Virus record (IMG/VR): IMGVR_UViG_3300045988_168563 | Location: 28,530-92,529 of that record | Direction: 5' to 3' (one strand) | DNA: 64,000 nucleotides | DNA from: a virus | Part shown: piece after piece, positions 1-8,228 of the stretch | How positions within the stretch are numbered: position 1 is the first letter of the stretch | Layout of the letters: each line of letters starts with the position of its first letter | The notes under the pieces: model-generated | The model's input: only the letters and a program-made list of their open reading frames with translations | What the model was told of the DNA's origin: nothing | Database searches by the model: none | Translations under genes and position numbers: made by a program

Positions 1-552
1 CAGATCAATACCCATAAGCTCAGCGATGATGTTAACCTCTGCGATGATGTGACAGAGCGAGCCTACAAAGCCGTACTCCAGGTCAATCTTTGCTGCAGCT
101 CGCATGATAAACCATACGTGCGATGGCATAGAGAGCTCCTTGTAGTCTTCCATACGTCCCTCTTCCTCAAGAGTGCGCTTGATCTTCTGCTCGATCATGA
201 TGAGCGAGTCTACGAGGTGTGTGCGCATCTCACTCTCTCCGTTGTTAGCCAGAGCGTCAAGCGCGCGGATGACTACGTCTGCAGCCTCGTCCTCCCAGTT
301 GTTCTTGACCTCTTCCTCAAAGCGCTTCTTGAACTTCTCATCATCGGTCTCGTTGATAAGCTCGTCAAGATCTACCTTGGTGATGAGCCCTGCTCGGTGA
401 GCATTGATCATCTCCCCAAGCTCAGAGACGATCATCCCCTGGTAGTGCGAGGGTGGAAGCTCCTCATCCCAGAAGCCCTTGTTGACTGCGTTCTTGTGGA
501 TCTCGACACCGATGAGGGCGAGATTGCCCCAGTTAAATTCTCCTTGATACAT
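1..552 (-). CDS. MazG-like (all-alpha) NTP pyrophosphohydrolase; N-terminal 184 codons, 3' end lies beyond the left window edge
   Basis: Not in the ORF track because it has no in-window stop. My translation of the minus strand from ATG 552-550 stays open to position 1: MYQGEFNWGNLALIGVEIHKNAVNKGFWDEE..MIVSELGEMINAHRAG..NWEDEAADVVIRALDALANN..IIAELMGIDL. The SELGE..AHR and EAADVxIRxLD helices fit the EXXE/EXXD metal-binding pattern of MazG/HisE-type enzymes. The listed + ORF 49..636 (GTG start) is its antisense shadow. Confidence 0.5.
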   Translation of the reverse strand, partial: MYQGEFNWGNLALIGVEIHKNAVNKGFWDEELPPSHYQGMIVSELGEMINAHRAGLITKVDLDELINETDDEKFKKRFEEEVKNNWEDEAADVVIRALDALANNGESEMRTHLVDSLIMIEQKIKRTLEEEGRMEDYKELSMPSHVWFIMRAAAKIDLEYGFVGSLCHIIAEVNIIAELMGIDL

Positions 553-563
553 GTTCTTACTTG

Positions 564-1214
564 TTATATTACTGTGAATCGTTCAGACAGTTCTTTGCTG
601 TACTTGATCCTGATTAGTTTACCCTTTGTGATATGACTGCTACTTATTCGTCTCATCCTTACGGCATCATCGACAAAGTTCTGAAGAGTCCTCTTTGAGT
701 ACATGACGATATTCGAGAGAATGAACTGCACAGTCTGATCATCTTCACCTCCCTTGAGTTTGATAACTCGATCGGCGTATATCTCTGGGAACACTGATGG
801 GACGTATTGTTCTACTCCAAACTTCTCCATGTACTGATCTATATACCACTGGTTGAACTCATAGGGCTTGCCTGCCCCTATAGAGCACAGTTCTAGCATG
901 TGGAATTGGCTCTGATGGGTCCAGTCTAGGTCTGGCCTGATTGGGATCACTATGTGGTTATCTCTCATCGCAAGGATGGATAACCCTATGGATATGACTC
1001 CATCCTTTACGGCTATCTCTATAGTCTTGCCTTCCCTATCATAGTAGGTGCTGGGCATAAAGACCTCGAGCTTGAGCATCTCTCTTAGCTCTTGACTCTC
1101 CTCTTTGTTCTCTTCCTCAAGGACTGCTAGCTGTGTTGCTAGGTTCCCGAAGAGAGCTATCCTTTCTCTCAGATCGCTATCCATTTCTAAATTCATTTGT
1201 GACCTTGAACACAT
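564..1214 (-). CDS. hypothetical protein
   Basis: 216-aa ORF packed tightly in the minus-strand operon. The start is ambiguous (ATG at 1214, 1196 or 1184; the upstream gene stops at 1177). I recognise no motif. Confidence 0.6.
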   Translation of the reverse strand: MCSRSQMNLEMDSDLRERIALFGNLATQLAVLEEENKEESQELREMLKLEVFMPSTYYDREGKTIEIAVKDGVISIGLSILAMRDNHIVIPIRPDLDWTHQSQFHMLELCSIGAGKPYEFNQWYIDQYMEKFGVEQYVPSVFPEIYADRVIKLKGGEDDQTVQFILSNIVMYSKRTLQNFVDDAVRMRRISSSHITKGKLIRIKYSKELSERFTVI

Positions 1215-1746
1215 TGATGTAGCAATAGTGGTCTAGGTCAGGGTCGTTGTTACTCCATTCCTTGAACTCCTTAGATGACCTGAGGTTTGTACCTGAGACT
1301 TCCTGGGCGAACTTGATAGCTTCTTCTACTGAGTGAAAGTACTCGGTCCCGTCCTTGCCGTCGATAGAGTAGTCTACCTTAGCTCGTTCAGGGTAAGTAT
1401 TACCCTCTGCGTCGTTAGTCTCGTAGATCTCACATCCTGGCTCTTCCTCAATATACAAGATATCAAGGTTAGGGAATACCTCAAGGAGGAGATTAGGGAA
1501 CTCGGTCATACACCAGGCTTCCTCAGTGGTGATGACCAGTACCCCATCCTCTAGCGAGAAGTCTTGCACAAAGGCTCGTAGCTGATGGTCTTCTAAGGAT
1601 TTCCGGTCAAAGCCTAGTCCCATAAGAACGCTTCCAGCCCAGTCGGGATGTTCCGACTCTTTCATCTTGAGGAGAGCATCATAGATCTCTTGCAGTTCTT
1701 TTTCCTCTCCTCTGATAGTGTATTGTATTGAATCCCAGTTTGGCAT
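1177..1746 (-). CDS. hypothetical protein, paralog A of a tandem pair (MPNW... N-terminus)
   Basis: 189-aa ORF with ATG at 1746, 1 nt after the stop of the upstream gene. Its C-terminal half aligns by eye with the next gene (YIEEEPGCEIYETNDAEGNTYPERAKVDYSIDGKDGTEYFHSVEEAIKFAQEV vs YYREVMRECGILKTNDKEGKYFPQRYRVDYKVGDKTGTEYVKTEDEALDIAYKL). The start MPNWDSIQYTIRGEEKELQEI is reminiscent of DUF1281/Api92-like ferredoxin-fold proteins (weak). Confidence 0.65.
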   Translation of the reverse strand: MPNWDSIQYTIRGEEKELQEIYDALLKMKESEHPDWAGSVLMGLGFDRKSLEDHQLRAFVQDFSLEDGVLVITTEEAWCMTEFPNLLLEVFPNLDILYIEEEPGCEIYETNDAEGNTYPERAKVDYSIDGKDGTEYFHSVEEAIKFAQEVSGTNLRSSKEFKEWSNNDPDLDHYCYINVFKVTNEFRNG

Positions 1747-1747
1747 A

Positions 1748-2365
1748 TTAGTCTGATATTGAGAACTCGTTGATGTAGATGTAGTCGTCAGTGCCCTCGT
1801 CGTACTCTTGGTCGTTATTCCAACAGTCTACCTCTAAGAGCTCGCTGAAGGCGATGTCTGTTAGCTTGTAGGCGATATCAAGAGCTTCATCCTCGGTCTT
1901 GACGTACTCGGTACCGGTCTTGTCTCCTACCTTGTAGTCTACTCGGTATCTCTGTGGGAAGTACTTCCCTTCCTTATCGTTAGTCTTGAGGATCCCACAC
2001 TCGCGCATGACCTCACGATAGTAGATCTTTATATCCTTGAACTCCTCGGCTAGGCAGTGCATAAACTCTAACTTGCCGTACATCTCTTCTGTCTCAAGGC
2101 GTAGTGTGACTGGCGATTCGGATAGATCTACCTCGATAGAGTTGAGGTAGGATCGTGGGCAGACTACCTGTGGGTCTCCCTTAACTGCACCTAGGTCGTA
2201 TAGCATACCACCAAGCCATGTATTGCCATTGCTCTGCATGTACTTGTTGATAACGCCATTGATGTACCCTAGGATCATCTGAGGTCCCTCGATGACGTAT
2301 GAGACCGATGAGTATCTTGCTGTATCCATTATTGTGTTAGTTTGTATTTTGCTCTGTGGGCTCAT
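1748..2365 (-). CDS. hypothetical protein, paralog B of the tandem pair
   Basis: 205-aa ORF. ATG at 2365 overlaps the upstream stop (ATGA). Paralogy with 1177..1746 is seen directly in the translations. Confidence 0.65.
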   Translation of the reverse strand: MSPQSKIQTNTIMDTARYSSVSYVIEGPQMILGYINGVINKYMQSNGNTWLGGMLYDLGAVKGDPQVVCPRSYLNSIEVDLSESPVTLRLETEEMYGKLEFMHCLAEEFKDIKIYYREVMRECGILKTNDKEGKYFPQRYRVDYKVGDKTGTEYVKTEDEALDIAYKLTDIAFSELLEVDCWNNDQEYDEGTDDYIYINEFSISD

Positions 2366-2757
2366 TTCCGGCCCTGTGACGGCTTCAAATCTCCTCCCTG
2401 GACACTTGTAGCCTGTAGCGATTCTGCGGCCCCCTGAAGCTGTTCTACGCTTCTAGCCATAAAGAGTAGCTTTGAGGAGACGGTTCCTGCGCTGTCGGTG
2501 ACGAGGTAAAGACCGAAATAACTCTCGGCTTCCTCATTGGCATCGATGGCGTAGAGGACCTTATGGGTAGGCGTGTCTTTGAGGAAGGTGATGAGACCAG
2601 GCTCGAAGTCTGTGTACTTCTTGCTCTCATCCACCTGCCACAAGAGTGATGTCTCTGTCTTCTTTTCTTCCTCAAGCGTTCTTATGGCGAGTGCAGCTGC
2701 CCATATCACTAGTCCTATGAGGAAGAAAATGATTATGAATCTGAGTACTTCTTTCAT
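2362..2757 (-). CDS. small membrane-anchored protein
   Basis: 131-aa ORF with one N-terminal hydrophobic helix (FIIIFFLIGLVIWAAALAI) followed by a soluble domain. It is the first gene after terminator hairpin 2774-2804. Confidence 0.65.
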   Translation of the reverse strand: MKEVLRFIIIFFLIGLVIWAAALAIRTLEEEKKTETSLLWQVDESKKYTDFEPGLITFLKDTPTHKVLYAIDANEEAESYFGLYLVTDSAGTVSSKLLFMARSVEQLQGAAESLQATSVQGGDLKPSQGRK

Positions 2758-2773
2758 TGCTTATACTAATAAA

Positions 2774-2804
2774 GCCCACACCACCGTATTAGGGCGATGT
2801 GGGC
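2774..2804 (-). terminator. intrinsic terminator after gene 2811..3419
   Basis: Minus-strand RNA folds as GCCCACATCGCC-(C)TAATAC-GGTGGTGTGGGC (two G.U pairs that would be C.A on the plus strand), followed by TTTATTA. Confidence 0.6.
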
Positions 2805-2810
2805 GTATGG

Positions 2811-3419
2811 TTAGAGTTTGATGGTGTCTCTGATGATTTCCAGCATGAGCTTCATATCTATGTAGCTCTCGGTGTTGGCACGTGACTGCTCTAGGAAGCC
2901 ACCATCCTTTGTCTCATCTTCTCGCTTCTTGATCTCCTCAAGGACGTGCGCTGCAGCTTCCTTGATCTGTCTGAGCTGCTTCTTGGGATCTTTAGGAATC
3001 ACAGGCTCGTCCTCTTCTTCCTTGTTGTAGGTGCTCTTGATCTTAGTCATGATGGTATCAGCTACCTTAACCATCAGGCCTGAGTGTAGGTAATTGGCTA
3101 TGTCAAAGATGAAGTCTCGGTCTTCCTCAAGGATACGATCCTGAGCGCAGAAGGATAAAACCTCTGCTACATTGCGAGGATTGACTTGCTTACCTCGGTC
3201 CTTTGGATCCTTCTTGAGTTCCTTGAGCAACTCGCGTCGTGCGTAGTCAAGGGCTTTGAGGAGATCCTCCTTGCCTCCCTTGTCACGGAAGCGGATTACG
3301 TACTTGAGGATACATCCCTCTGCGAAAGAGAGGTTGAGGTTCTCGATGAGATCTAGAGGTTGGTAGTCGTATCCCTTGTAGTGTTCTCCGCCTACCTGGA
3401 TTGATTCTAGCTTATCCAT
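2811..3419 (-). CDS. DUF3310-family protein (paralog 1)
   Basis: N-terminus GGEHYKGYDYQPLDLIENLNLSFAEGCILKYVIRFRDKGGKEDLLKALDYARREL matches the DUF3310 pattern (HY..ie.id.i....f..gn.iKY..R...K...eDL.KA..Y). The C-terminal half is acidic and charged. Confidence 0.6.
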   Translation of the reverse strand: MDKLESIQVGGEHYKGYDYQPLDLIENLNLSFAEGCILKYVIRFRDKGGKEDLLKALDYARRELLKELKKDPKDRGKQVNPRNVAEVLSFCAQDRILEEDRDFIFDIANYLHSGLMVKVADTIMTKIKSTYNKEEEDEPVIPKDPKKQLRQIKEAAAHVLEEIKKREDETKDGGFLEQSRANTESYIDMKLMLEIIRDTIKL

Positions 3420-3646
3420 TTCTTACTTGTTCTTGTTGGTTCGTTAATTTGTTCTTGTACTCTTGCTATATAGGTGCTTGTGTCATCTATATGCTCCCTC
3501 AGATTTCTTAGCTCTTGGATTGATGGGTATCGATTCTCGAACTCACATCGATCTATGAGCATGTCTAGGTTGTGTTCTAGGACAACGAGCGTCGCTGATG
3601 CGTCACTAAGGTTGGCCAGGATCGTTTCTTTTGTACTCTGTTCCAT
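3407..3646 (-). CDS. hypothetical protein
   Basis: 79-aa ORF between the two DUF3310 genes. It overlaps both neighbours (13 nt and 41 nt). No motif recognised. Confidence 0.5.
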   Translation of the reverse strand: MEQSTKETILANLSDASATLVVLEHNLDMLIDRCEFENRYPSIQELRNLREHIDDTSTYIARVQEQINEPTRTSKKWIS

Positions 3647-4043
3647 GTTCGTGTGTAGGATACTCTATCTTCATCTGCATATCGATAAGGTGAGCGAGCT
3701 CTGCCATCTGGTAGTTGCAGATAAGCGTTATTACGATCATGAGGAAGTCCTGAGTTGTCTTGTCGAACTCCTTCTGCGAGACAAAGTCGCAGACCATTCT
3801 GAGATTATCCATCTCCTCAAGAACGATGCCATAGGTTGTCACGCGACTTGGGTAGCTATGACCGAACTCAGCGTAGTTTCTTGCTTTCTTCAGGTCCTGT
3901 AGGCCATTCTTCTTGCGATATCGCACGAGATACTTTAGGATGTTACCCTGGATGAAGTCGAACTTCATATCAGTGATAAACTTGATAGGCTCGTACTGAT
4001 AACCCTTGTAGTGGGCTTCTCCTTGGTACTCTGCTTTTTCCAT
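3606..4043 (-). CDS. DUF3310-family protein (paralog 2)
   Basis: GEAHYKGYQYEPIKFITDMKFDFIQGNILKYLVRYRKKNGLQDLKKARNYAE shows the same motif as 2811..3419. Confidence 0.6.
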   Translation of the reverse strand: MEKAEYQGEAHYKGYQYEPIKFITDMKFDFIQGNILKYLVRYRKKNGLQDLKKARNYAEFGHSYPSRVTTYGIVLEEMDNLRMVCDFVSQKEFDKTTQDFLMIVITLICNYQMAELAHLIDMQMKIEYPTHEHGTEYKRNDPGQP

Positions 4044-4047
4044 ATTG

Positions 4048-4611
4048 TTACTCTTTTTCTTTTGTGAGTTGAATTATCTCTTCGTCTAAGTCGATGCCAA
4101 GGATCCATCCGATAAGGAAGAGATCCTTCATTGCCCATAGAGTGTACTTTGCATCTTCCATGCTTCTGTACACGTTTGCAGCTAACCTAGCTTCAAAGTC
4201 AAAGGACTTGATATACTCTACAGTCTTTGGGTCCTCAACAAAGCTCGCATTGTAGAACGCTGGAAGGATAAACTCGTACGTATATGTTGGACTTTCTACG
4301 ATCTCTGTTATCTCTGCGTTCTGTACGACCGTCTCTGCGATCATCATCAGATAGTCGTAGATGTGATTGCCAGTTTTTTCAGCCGTAACTTGACCTTCCT
4401 TGTGGTTTCCGTACTTGAGGAAGCCGATAAGTGTGTCCACTCTATGCGCTGCAAGTCTCGTCTCTTCCTGGCTTGGTCTAATCTGTCGCTTAGCGTTGTA
4501 GAGTCGTAGGGCTGTAATCATGTCTACATAGCGCTTGCGTAGTAGCTTTAAGCCTTCTTCTTTTGAGGTCTTTGCGTACTCTATGCAGATCTCTCTTGCT
4601 GTCTTGCTCAT
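4048..4611 (-). CDS. hypothetical protein
   Basis: 187-aa ORF with an ATG start, 4 nt from the neighbouring gene. No motif recognised. Confidence 0.65.
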   Translation of the reverse strand: MSKTAREICIEYAKTSKEEGLKLLRKRYVDMITALRLYNAKRQIRPSQEETRLAAHRVDTLIGFLKYGNHKEGQVTAEKTGNHIYDYLMMIAETVVQNAEITEIVESPTYTYEFILPAFYNASFVEDPKTVEYIKSFDFEARLAANVYRSMEDAKYTLWAMKDLFLIGWILGIDLDEEIIQLTKEKE

Positions 4612-4622
4612 ACTATCTTGTC

Positions 4623-5342
4623 TTACTTGTTGCGTTTCTTTCTTCGTTCTACCATCTTGTCCTCTGTACGTAGGACCGAGAGGAGGAGCGTCATCGTTGC
4701 CTCTTTCGTGAGTTGCTTAGGACTGGCAACCTTATCATCCCTATCCCAGAAGTGATGGTACATGAGGAAACCAGGACCTGAGGATTCCATAGTTAGAACC
4801 CTATCTGTTCTGATGATATATTCTACCTGTCTATCTGTACCTGTGAATGTCTTGGCGTGGAATACACCGTCTACCTCATCGTACGCAGGGATGATGACAT
4901 TGTTCTCTACCTGTCTCTTCATCTCCTCAGGATCGTACTGCGTAGGCATAACAGCATATTCCCACTCCCAGAAGCGGTCTACAAGGATGTTGAATGTTAC
5001 TTCCCTGATCCTCTGTCGTACGAAGTTGCGATCTACAGAGCTTGTTCTAAAGCTGGTATGGTCAAACTCTTCCATAAATGAGTAGTTCACGTATGCAGCT
5101 GCTATGTGAGATGCAGCGTATGGTCCCCTAAAGAACGTTAGGTGCACCCTACGCTCGTTCTCGCCACTCAGTCTCTCCTCAGTATGCTGGATGTAATAAC
5201 AGTACTTCTTGCTGTTGTTAGGCACCATGAGGTATATGGCCTTGAGTTCGTACGCATAATAGCGCCACGGCCAGTTAAGCTTGCATCCTGAGGGTAGCTC
5301 CACGAGCTTGTTCATAAGCCCCTCAGCGGTCTTTCTGTCCAT
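4623..5342 (-). CDS. hypothetical protein
   Basis: 239-aa ORF. Its ATG overlaps the upstream stop (TAATG). No motif recognised. Confidence 0.7.
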   Translation of the reverse strand: MDRKTAEGLMNKLVELPSGCKLNWPWRYYAYELKAIYLMVPNNSKKYCYYIQHTEERLSGENERRVHLTFFRGPYAASHIAAAYVNYSFMEEFDHTSFRTSSVDRNFVRQRIREVTFNILVDRFWEWEYAVMPTQYDPEEMKRQVENNVIIPAYDEVDGVFHAKTFTGTDRQVEYIIRTDRVLTMESSGPGFLMYHHFWDRDDKVASPKQLTKEATMTLLLSVLRTEDKMVERRKKRNK

Positions 5343-5554
5343 TACTTGTGATTCTTAGTTAGTCGTTCTACTGTTCCGAGCATAGCTGCTGCTACGGCGA
5401 AGAGTGTGGCGTACCCGATCACCTGACCGATAAACCACAGGAAGATGTTGATATCCTCTTCCTTCCAGCCGTAAGTGCAGATGAGGAAGAGAATACCAAA
5501 GATTGATATCACTACTGATAGTGCGTACTGAGCGTTGTTGAGATATGGCTTCAT
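5342..5554 (-). CDS. small two-helix membrane protein
   Basis: 70-aa ORF with two hydrophobic segments (YALSVVISIFGILFLICTYGW and IGQVIGYATLFAVAAAMLG). A TACCTTTG -7 box lies 20 nt upstream on the same strand (5574-5581). Confidence 0.6.
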   Translation of the reverse strand: MKPYLNNAQYALSVVISIFGILFLICTYGWKEEDINIFLWFIGQVIGYATLFAVAAAMLGTVERLTKNHK

Positions 5555-5573
5555 AATCGTATTGTTGTTGTTG

Positions 5574-5581
5574 CAAAGGTA
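5574..5581 (-). promoter_or_regulatory. minus-strand promoter -7 box (TACCTTTG on the minus strand)
   Basis: Plus-strand caaaggta is the reverse complement of TACCTTTG, 20 nt upstream of ATG 5554. On the minus strand it is preceded by a small hairpin TTAGG(A)CC/GGCCTAA. Confidence 0.5.
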
Positions 5582-5986
5582 CCCCTATTCTTTTAGGCCG
5601 TAAAGGTCCTAAGGCGTAATGCGTTAAGAATACCTGCTGGTTATACTATCTTCTCCTCAGGAGCTTTTCCTCAAGCCCCTGTTAGCTTGCTAGTTCATGC
5701 TAGCTCCTATATGTGTGTGCTATCTTATGGTATAGTGTCCTATGGTAAAGCGCAGGGTCTGATGTTCATATAGTACGCCGCCTTCCCTATTTCTCTCTTC
5801 CTCAGACGACAATGCCACCACCTTACAAATGGCAGGCCGTACAAAGAGAACGGAAGGTAAGACGTACTATGTGAACACCCCTACTACAATCGGCAGGTGC
5901 GAAGCCGGAGTTCCCAGCGGCTCCACACGCCGGTCGTATTAACCCTGTACTCGGCTATAAGCGCGTAGCACTTATAGACCGCTTAT

Positions 5987-6014
5987 ACAAAAAAGACCTC
6001 CCTAAGGAGGTCTT
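5987..6014 (-). terminator. intrinsic terminator after gene 6021..6323
   Basis: Perfect 9-bp stem AAGACCTCC/GGAGGTCTT with a 4-nt loop, followed on the minus strand by TTTTTT. Confidence 0.75.
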
Positions 6015-6020
6015 TGCGCT

Positions 6021-6323
6021 TTACGCCTTGTAAAGGACGATAGTCTGGTGAGTCTGCTCGTGCGGTACTGGTCCGCAATAGACGGTGGCTCCCCATCCGA
6101 TGGTCTTACCACGGACTACCTCTACAGGCTTCTCCGTGGTGAAGTCAAGACACATACGTGATGTATCCTGATTATAATAGACGAGCTGACGCTTGATTCC
6201 AGCCTTGCGTACAAGGTCCAGGAAGTCGCGTAGCATCTGATTCCCAGCGGAAACGATATCAATCGCCTCAATGACCGAAGTCACTGAGGGATTGAGTTCG
6301 TCCAAGATGACCATCTGGTTCAT
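6021..6323 (-). CDS. hypothetical protein
   Basis: 100-aa ORF followed directly by a strong terminator (5987-6014). Confidence 0.6.
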   Translation of the reverse strand: MNQMVILDELNPSVTSVIEAIDIVSAGNQMLRDFLDLVRKAGIKRQLVYYNQDTSRMCLDFTTEKPVEVVRGKTIGWGATVYCGPVPHEQTHQTIVLYKA

Positions 6324-6333
6324 AGTCGTAAGG

Positions 6334-6831
6334 CTATAAGAAGTTCATCTTGTAGCGTGGGTCAGCCTCGTAGTTGCCGATGAACAGGTTGTACCCGGCA
6401 GGCTGATTGTCTACGATGCGCATCTGGAGGTTCACGTGGAACACCTGACCTGTCTGCTGCGTAAGGGCGAGTGCATCCTCGAAGACCTGAGGGCCTTCCT
6501 TGGTACCATTAACCCATACAGCGGTAGGCTTACCATCTACTCTGATGAAGGCCTGCTGGCGATCGCCATACTGAGTCTTCATCACAAACGTACTGAGCAC
6601 ACCGAGCTTCTTGAGGTCAGCCATCTGCGTAAGCTCGATGGACTTAGTCGTAACCGTATAGGCGCGTGGGCGCTCTACTACGGTCTCAACAGCCTCCTCA
6701 AAAGGATTGACTGGAGTAGCTTCAGTAGCTTCAACGCCGTCTACGTGCATACCCTGAACTTCGGCGTTGTTAAGTTCAGTTGCGATGTTGGTCTGTGCAG
6801 CTTCAGCTGCGATCTTCGTCTTGCGTGCCAT
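6334..6831 (-). CDS. hypothetical protein (beta-rich; start trimmed to MARKTK)
   Basis: The track ORF 6334..7059 runs up into a GC-rich stop-poor region. The A/T-rich context ATG at 6831 (MARKTKIAAEAAQ...) is the plausible start, with an alternative at 6846. No motif recognised. Confidence 0.6.
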   Translation of the reverse strand: MARKTKIAAEAAQTNIATELNNAEVQGMHVDGVEATEATPVNPFEEAVETVVERPRAYTVTTKSIELTQMADLKKLGVLSTFVMKTQYGDRQQAFIRVDGKPTAVWVNGTKEGPQVFEDALALTQQTGQVFHVNLQMRIVDNQPAGYNLFIGNYEADPRYKMNFL

Positions 6832-7034
6832 AATTGTATAACGCATTATAAGTGATGCTCTCTTCCCACCGTGGGTCGGGTAGCGGCGGTCCTTAGAGCG
6901 GACCATACTTGGTGAACCGGAGTCAACCGGCGGTACCTGCAGCTCCCTGCAGCCGGTAGAGACGTGGCGATGCTTCGCACCGGCAATGTAGAGGCCGGGA
7001 GGATGGCGAAGGCGGAGCCACGGACGGCAGAAAG

Positions 7035-7056
7035 CCCCGACAAGGGATATCCCCCG
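7035..7056. repeat. 22-nt motif copy A (CCCCGACAAGGGATATCCCCCG)
   Basis: Identical to copy B. It contains the palindrome GGGATATCCC. Confidence 0.8.
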
Positions 7057-7075
7057 CAAGCGGCAGGGCTACCAA

Positions 7076-7110
7076 CCGGAGGATACCATCCGGAGGTTGC
7101 CAGCCGGAGG
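7076..7110. repeat. three tandem CCGGAGG units with a 14-nt period
   Basis: CCGGAGG occurs at 7076-7082, 7090-7096 and 7104-7110, inside the GC-rich ORF-free element. Confidence 0.7.
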
Positions 7111-7144
7111 GAATCCCAGCCAGGGCGCAGGCGTAAGCCCACAA

Positions 7145-7166
7145 CCCCGACAAGGGATATCCCCCG
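7145..7166. repeat. 22-nt motif copy B (CCCCGACAAGGGATATCCCCCG)
   Basis: Perfect repeat of copy A, 110 nt away and in the same orientation. Confidence 0.8.
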
Positions 7167-7191
7167 ACGTTCGGCCGAAGGCCGCAGGGGA

Positions 7192-7773
7192 TTAGAAGAT
7201 ACGGCTGGCCTGACGGTAGAGGTACAGGCGGGCACACAGGAGAGGGTCGGAGATACCGACGTAGTGGCAGACGGAGACGACAACATTCAGCGCTCTGGCT
7301 TCAGCTCTCGTTCCATAGTTGTCATCATTCCTCAGTCCGTCCAGGGCGATAGCACCATTGCGCAGGATGCTGTCCTTGCTGTGGTAAGGACCATTCTGGA
7401 AGATATGGGTCAGCCACAGAGCGCCATTCTCCTTCTTGCTTATGCGGAAGATGAGGTGTGCGATAGCACCACCCATCAGGACATAGAAGTATGGAAGAGA
7501 GCTTGCTACCTTCCTCAGGAGACCATACTTGCGTACGCGATTGTCAAGGACGTCACGCAGGAGCGTAGCCTTCTTCTGGCTGGGCTGCGCCCACTTAATG
7601 ATTAGACATAGGACGAACTGTAGGATGCGTGCTTTGCTCATCAGCTTAGCGATAGCTTCGTAAGCAAGGCGATAGTTTACGACTGCGCTATCCTTGGTGC
7701 CGGCATTAGGAATGGCGGTCTTTGCTGCGTTGATGATAGCGGTGATCTCGTTGTTGACGTTGATAGTATTCAT
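7192..7773 (-). CDS. hypothetical protein
   Basis: 193-aa ORF with an ATG start. Its 3' end abuts the GC-rich element 6832-7191. Confidence 0.6.
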   Translation of the reverse strand: MNTINVNNEITAIINAAKTAIPNAGTKDSAVVNYRLAYEAIAKLMSKARILQFVLCLIIKWAQPSQKKATLLRDVLDNRVRKYGLLRKVASSLPYFYVLMGGAIAHLIFRISKKENGALWLTHIFQNGPYHSKDSILRNGAIALDGLRNDDNYGTRAEARALNVVVSVCHYVGISDPLLCARLYLYRQASRIF

Positions 7774-7814
7774 ATATGTAGGTGTTGTGCCGTTAGGCGG
7801 TTATTGTTAAGTAT

Positions 7815-7840
7815 GGGGGAGGCTTTAGCCCTCCTCCCCC
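7815..7840 (-). terminator. hairpin after gene 7850..8197 (terminator candidate, no U-tract)
   Basis: GGGGGAGG/CCTCCCCC 8-bp stem, 10 nt past the stop codon. No T-run follows on the minus strand. Confidence 0.35.
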
Positions 7841-7849
7841 TTTAGGGCG

Positions 7850-8197
7850 TTAGAATGGGAGGTCGTCAGTCTTTCCAGCGAGGACCTCTTGGTATATGAT
7901 GTGAGCCCGCTGGTCGCGGATAGCATCATCAATGAAGCTACGCAGAGAGCGTCGACGATCTCTCTCACCCTTAGCTGCGTCAAGGACGGTTAGGTAGTCT
8001 TCCTTCTCTGCGTACCGCTCCATAAACTCAGCCATTTCACGGTGAGCCTTAACGAGTTGCATAGCGAAGATGACTTCTCCTTCCTCAGAGATTAGACATA
8101 GGTCAAGCGTAGAGTGCAGCTCATCGAGCATAGCTTCGTCTGAGAGTGCTTCACCGAATTGCTTGAGCGTTTCCTGTGGGATTCTATATGCGTTCAT
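7850..8197 (-). CDS. small helical acidic protein ending in an SSB-tip-like tail (..KTDDLPF)
   Basis: 115-aa ORF. I verified the C-terminal codons 7853-7867 as D-D-L-P-F followed by a stop. There is no OB-fold-like sequence. Confidence 0.65.
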   Translation of the reverse strand: MNAYRIPQETLKQFGEALSDEAMLDELHSTLDLCLISEEGEVIFAMQLVKAHREMAEFMERYAEKEDYLTVLDAAKGERDRRRSLRSFIDDAIRDQRAHIIYQEVLAGKTDDLPF

Positions 8198-8228
8198 AAT
8201 CGTGTTGTTATTATAGGGTTAGTATGGT

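Noticed and set aside
49-636. 195-aa plus-strand ORF at the left edge.
   Set aside because: It has a GTG start and an implausible sequence. The opposite strand encodes a clean MazG-like protein starting at ATG 552 that is open to the window edge.
6846-7605. Overlapping ORFs of 104-213 aa on both strands in the GC-rich element, plus the N-terminal extension of 6334..7059.
   Set aside because: GC-rich DNA is poor in stop codons. The translations are Pro/Arg/Gly/Ser low complexity and mutually overlapping, and none has the A/T-rich start context of real genes here.
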